Positions 61,580-64,000 of a DNA stretch of 64,000 bases are shown piece by piece; within the stretch, counting starts at the first letter, position 1, and each line of letters begins with the position of its first letter. The notes beneath the pieces are model-generated. The model made no database searches and was not told the DNA's origin. It saw only the letters and a list, made by a program, of their open reading frames with translations. The stretch spans positions 244,466,001-244,530,000 of the forward strand of contig OZ024743.1 in assembly GCA_964016885.1 (NCBI GenBank). The letters run 5' to 3'. A program made the position numbers and the translations under genes. This DNA comes from Eledone cirrhosa. Taxonomy: Eukaryota.

Positions 61580-63609
61580 CACAACACCACCACCAGCTCT
61601 CTCTCTCTCTCTCTTCCATTCTCCTTCTCTGTCTCCTCTCTCCATATCTCTCTTTCAATCTACTCTCTCACAACCATAATCTTTTCCTCTCTATCTTTCT
61701 CTCTGTTTATGAAGGTACCCTTTTGGCTGTATTACATTACAGACAATCAAGCAACCACAGACTTTTAGTATTATATAGATAGATTACATACAGTTTTCAT
61801 TTACAGTTTAGTCGGAGAGGAAAGAACAGTCCCACATGCCCCTCCTCCTTCTCCGCAGTGCCTCCAAAATTGATGGGAAACTTGGCCTAATACTTACAAC
61901 AGAGTGGATCCTACTTATGGCACCAAAGGAACAGGTTGTTGTATAGTAACCGACATATGCATAAGTCTACCATCCGAGTAGACCACAGTGGGATTTGAAT
62001 GTAGAACACAAAACGTCGGCACAAATACCTACTAGACATCTCGTCCGATGTTCTAACAATTCCGTTAATCCACCACTCTGGACTTGTACTTCGTTTTATC
62101 GACTCCGAAAGGATGAAAGGCTAAGTTGACCTCGGTGGGATTTGAACTCAGAAAGCCAGGGTAAGTATTACAGCGCATTTCCGATGCATTAACTTCTCTG
62201 TCAATTCATTAGATTAATTATCATATTAATTCTGGGCAAGAAATGCAGAAGAGAGATCAAAATATAAATTAATTAAAATGAATTAAACATTTAATTAGAA
62301 GGAAAGCTGCGATATGTATGATATTAATATGCTAAGGTGCCGCAGACTTAGAAAGAAGTTTTGTGTTACTATTGTTGTTATCGTTATACGTTGGCCCTCC
62401 GTCGGTGACTACAATGAGTGTTCCAGTTGTTTGTCTTATCAACGGTACATCCTGCTCGTGAAATTAAAGTGCAGATGGCTGAGAATTCCAGATACGTGGG
62501 TTACATATTAGCGTGCGGTCTATATGGTCATTTACACTTAACGTGCTGTCAACCTGGTTATTTGTACTTAGCATACTGTCCATCTGGTCGTTTGTACTTA
62601 GCGAGAGTTCTACCTCGTCATTTACAGTTCAGTATGCAGTCTACCCCAACTACAAAACTTTATACTGCAGAGTATTAAAAACAAGTTGAATAATATTTTA
62701 ATAATATTAATAATAATTTTGAACAATGATTTGTTATTGATGACTTACACTTAATCACCAAAATTATGATCATCAAAAAATCCTAAACAGTAGAGCAAAC
62801 GGAAGTATTAAGCCCCAGGGGGAATTAATCTCCACCATACTACAAATACATCATATTTATAATGCATTTGTAATGTGGTGGAGCTTAATGCTCTCTGGGG
62901 TTTAATACCCCCGTTTGAACTACATTAATGGTCATCAGTGTAGTCTATGAATACTGCGGTAAACCGCACGTGAAAGTAGCATTGACACGTGTAACCATAG
63001 CATAGTTCTCAGAGAAATTCAGCATGACACAAAGTGTGGCGAGCCTAGTCATTTGAATTGCAGGTAAAGAAATAAGTATCCGACAAGCTAAATATTCGAC
63101 CGGAACTAGATTTCCGGTAGAAGAGGTCTTCTATTCACTTCTTTCACGTGGCTAATGGCATTTGGAAAGTGATGAATGCCTCATGTTATTTTATCTCACC
63201 CTTTCCTGCCTCCACCTCTTGTCACTCTATCTCACCTTATAAAGCAATGCCTATTTTGCATAAATAAAAAGTGATTATATTATAATAAGTAACTGGACAC
63301 GCCTGCGTCGGGAGTGAATTCAGATGTTTTCAGGTGATTTCAGGTGTGTACAGCAATAAAGCCAGCTGAAGCGAACTTCCAGGTGTGAAACAAAATAAAT
63401 AAATAAATAAATAAATAAAGCTACTGTTAATCTGAGACTGACCATAATTTGAACAGGAACTAGGCTGTAATAAATAAATACAGTGTTTTACCATGAGATC
63501 AAGGGTCGCCCCTTATCAGAAGGACACAGGACGTGCTTGGTTAACTCACGGTTCACCTGAGATAGCGATTTTGATTTCACTTATTTATTTATTCATTTAA
63601 TTATTCTTG

Positions 63610-63930
63610 TTGTTTAGCCCTAGGACAGTTCATATTAAACGGATCTATGACCAATGGCGTTCAAGCCATCTCTATCCAGTCTTTTCTCTCCAGACATCCA
63701 AGGCTTCATCACCCAATGTGTTCTTTTCTAAAATTGAGAAGGGTTATTATTTTTGTTTAGCCTAAAGTCAGCTCCCATTGAACAGCCATATGATCAAAAG
63801 TTCTCCAGATATGATTACCCTGTCTTTTTGTCCGGACATACACGTCTTCCTTATCCAACGTGTCCTATGTTTTTCTAAGATGGTGAAATGTAATTTACGT
63901 GTGATTCAGCGGCGATTTCTAGCAGATTGA
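63610..63930 (-). repeat. Two tandem decayed copies of dispersed repeat family F
   Basis: TGTTTAGCC...TATGAYCAA...GACAT...CCAAYGTGT twice at ~143-bp spacing; reverse-complement pieces at ~11380-11440, 15020-15090, 15395-15470, 60990-61145. Confidence 0.55.
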
Positions 63931-64000
63931 ACGGCCATATATATGAGTTAATAGTGCCTTCTCAAGCTGATGGCTGGTAGTTCAGGTTGTGGCGAGGGTA

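Overview
AT-rich, microsatellite-dense animal DNA. The SINE families and the (TA)n/(CA)n load suggest a cephalopod such as Octopus (inference from recalled repeat sequences, not from a search). There is one protein-coding gene: the last 8 coding exons (2739-36149, + strand, 371 aa in the window) of a mitochondrial-clan cytochrome P450 (CYP24/CYP27/CYP10/CYP49-like). All introns are GT-AG, the phases join into one open frame, and the WxxxR, AGxDT, ExxR, PERW and FGxGxRxCxG motifs are intact. The N-terminal exons lie upstream of the window. The rest is transposon-derived: several tRNA-headed SINE families, RTE-clade LINE fragments, a Hero-like RLE retrotransposon remnant, a CR1-like remnant, a non-autonomous Helitron with 23-aa STPR-like repeats, hAT-type MITEs and a Penelope-like (PLE) element with an intact GIY-YIG C-terminus. 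The most unusual signal is about ten mostly sequence-unrelated elements carrying intact or decayed minimal type-I hammerhead ribozyme cores (CUGAnGA...GAAAC...NUH). Most are short fold-back (inverted-repeat) units in or beside (TA)n arrays, and several families share a CTCTAC-N4-8-GTATTRAGTACT terminal motif. Almost all ORFs in the supplied track are microsatellite artefacts. Repeat boundaries are approximate; exon boundaries are read from splice sites.
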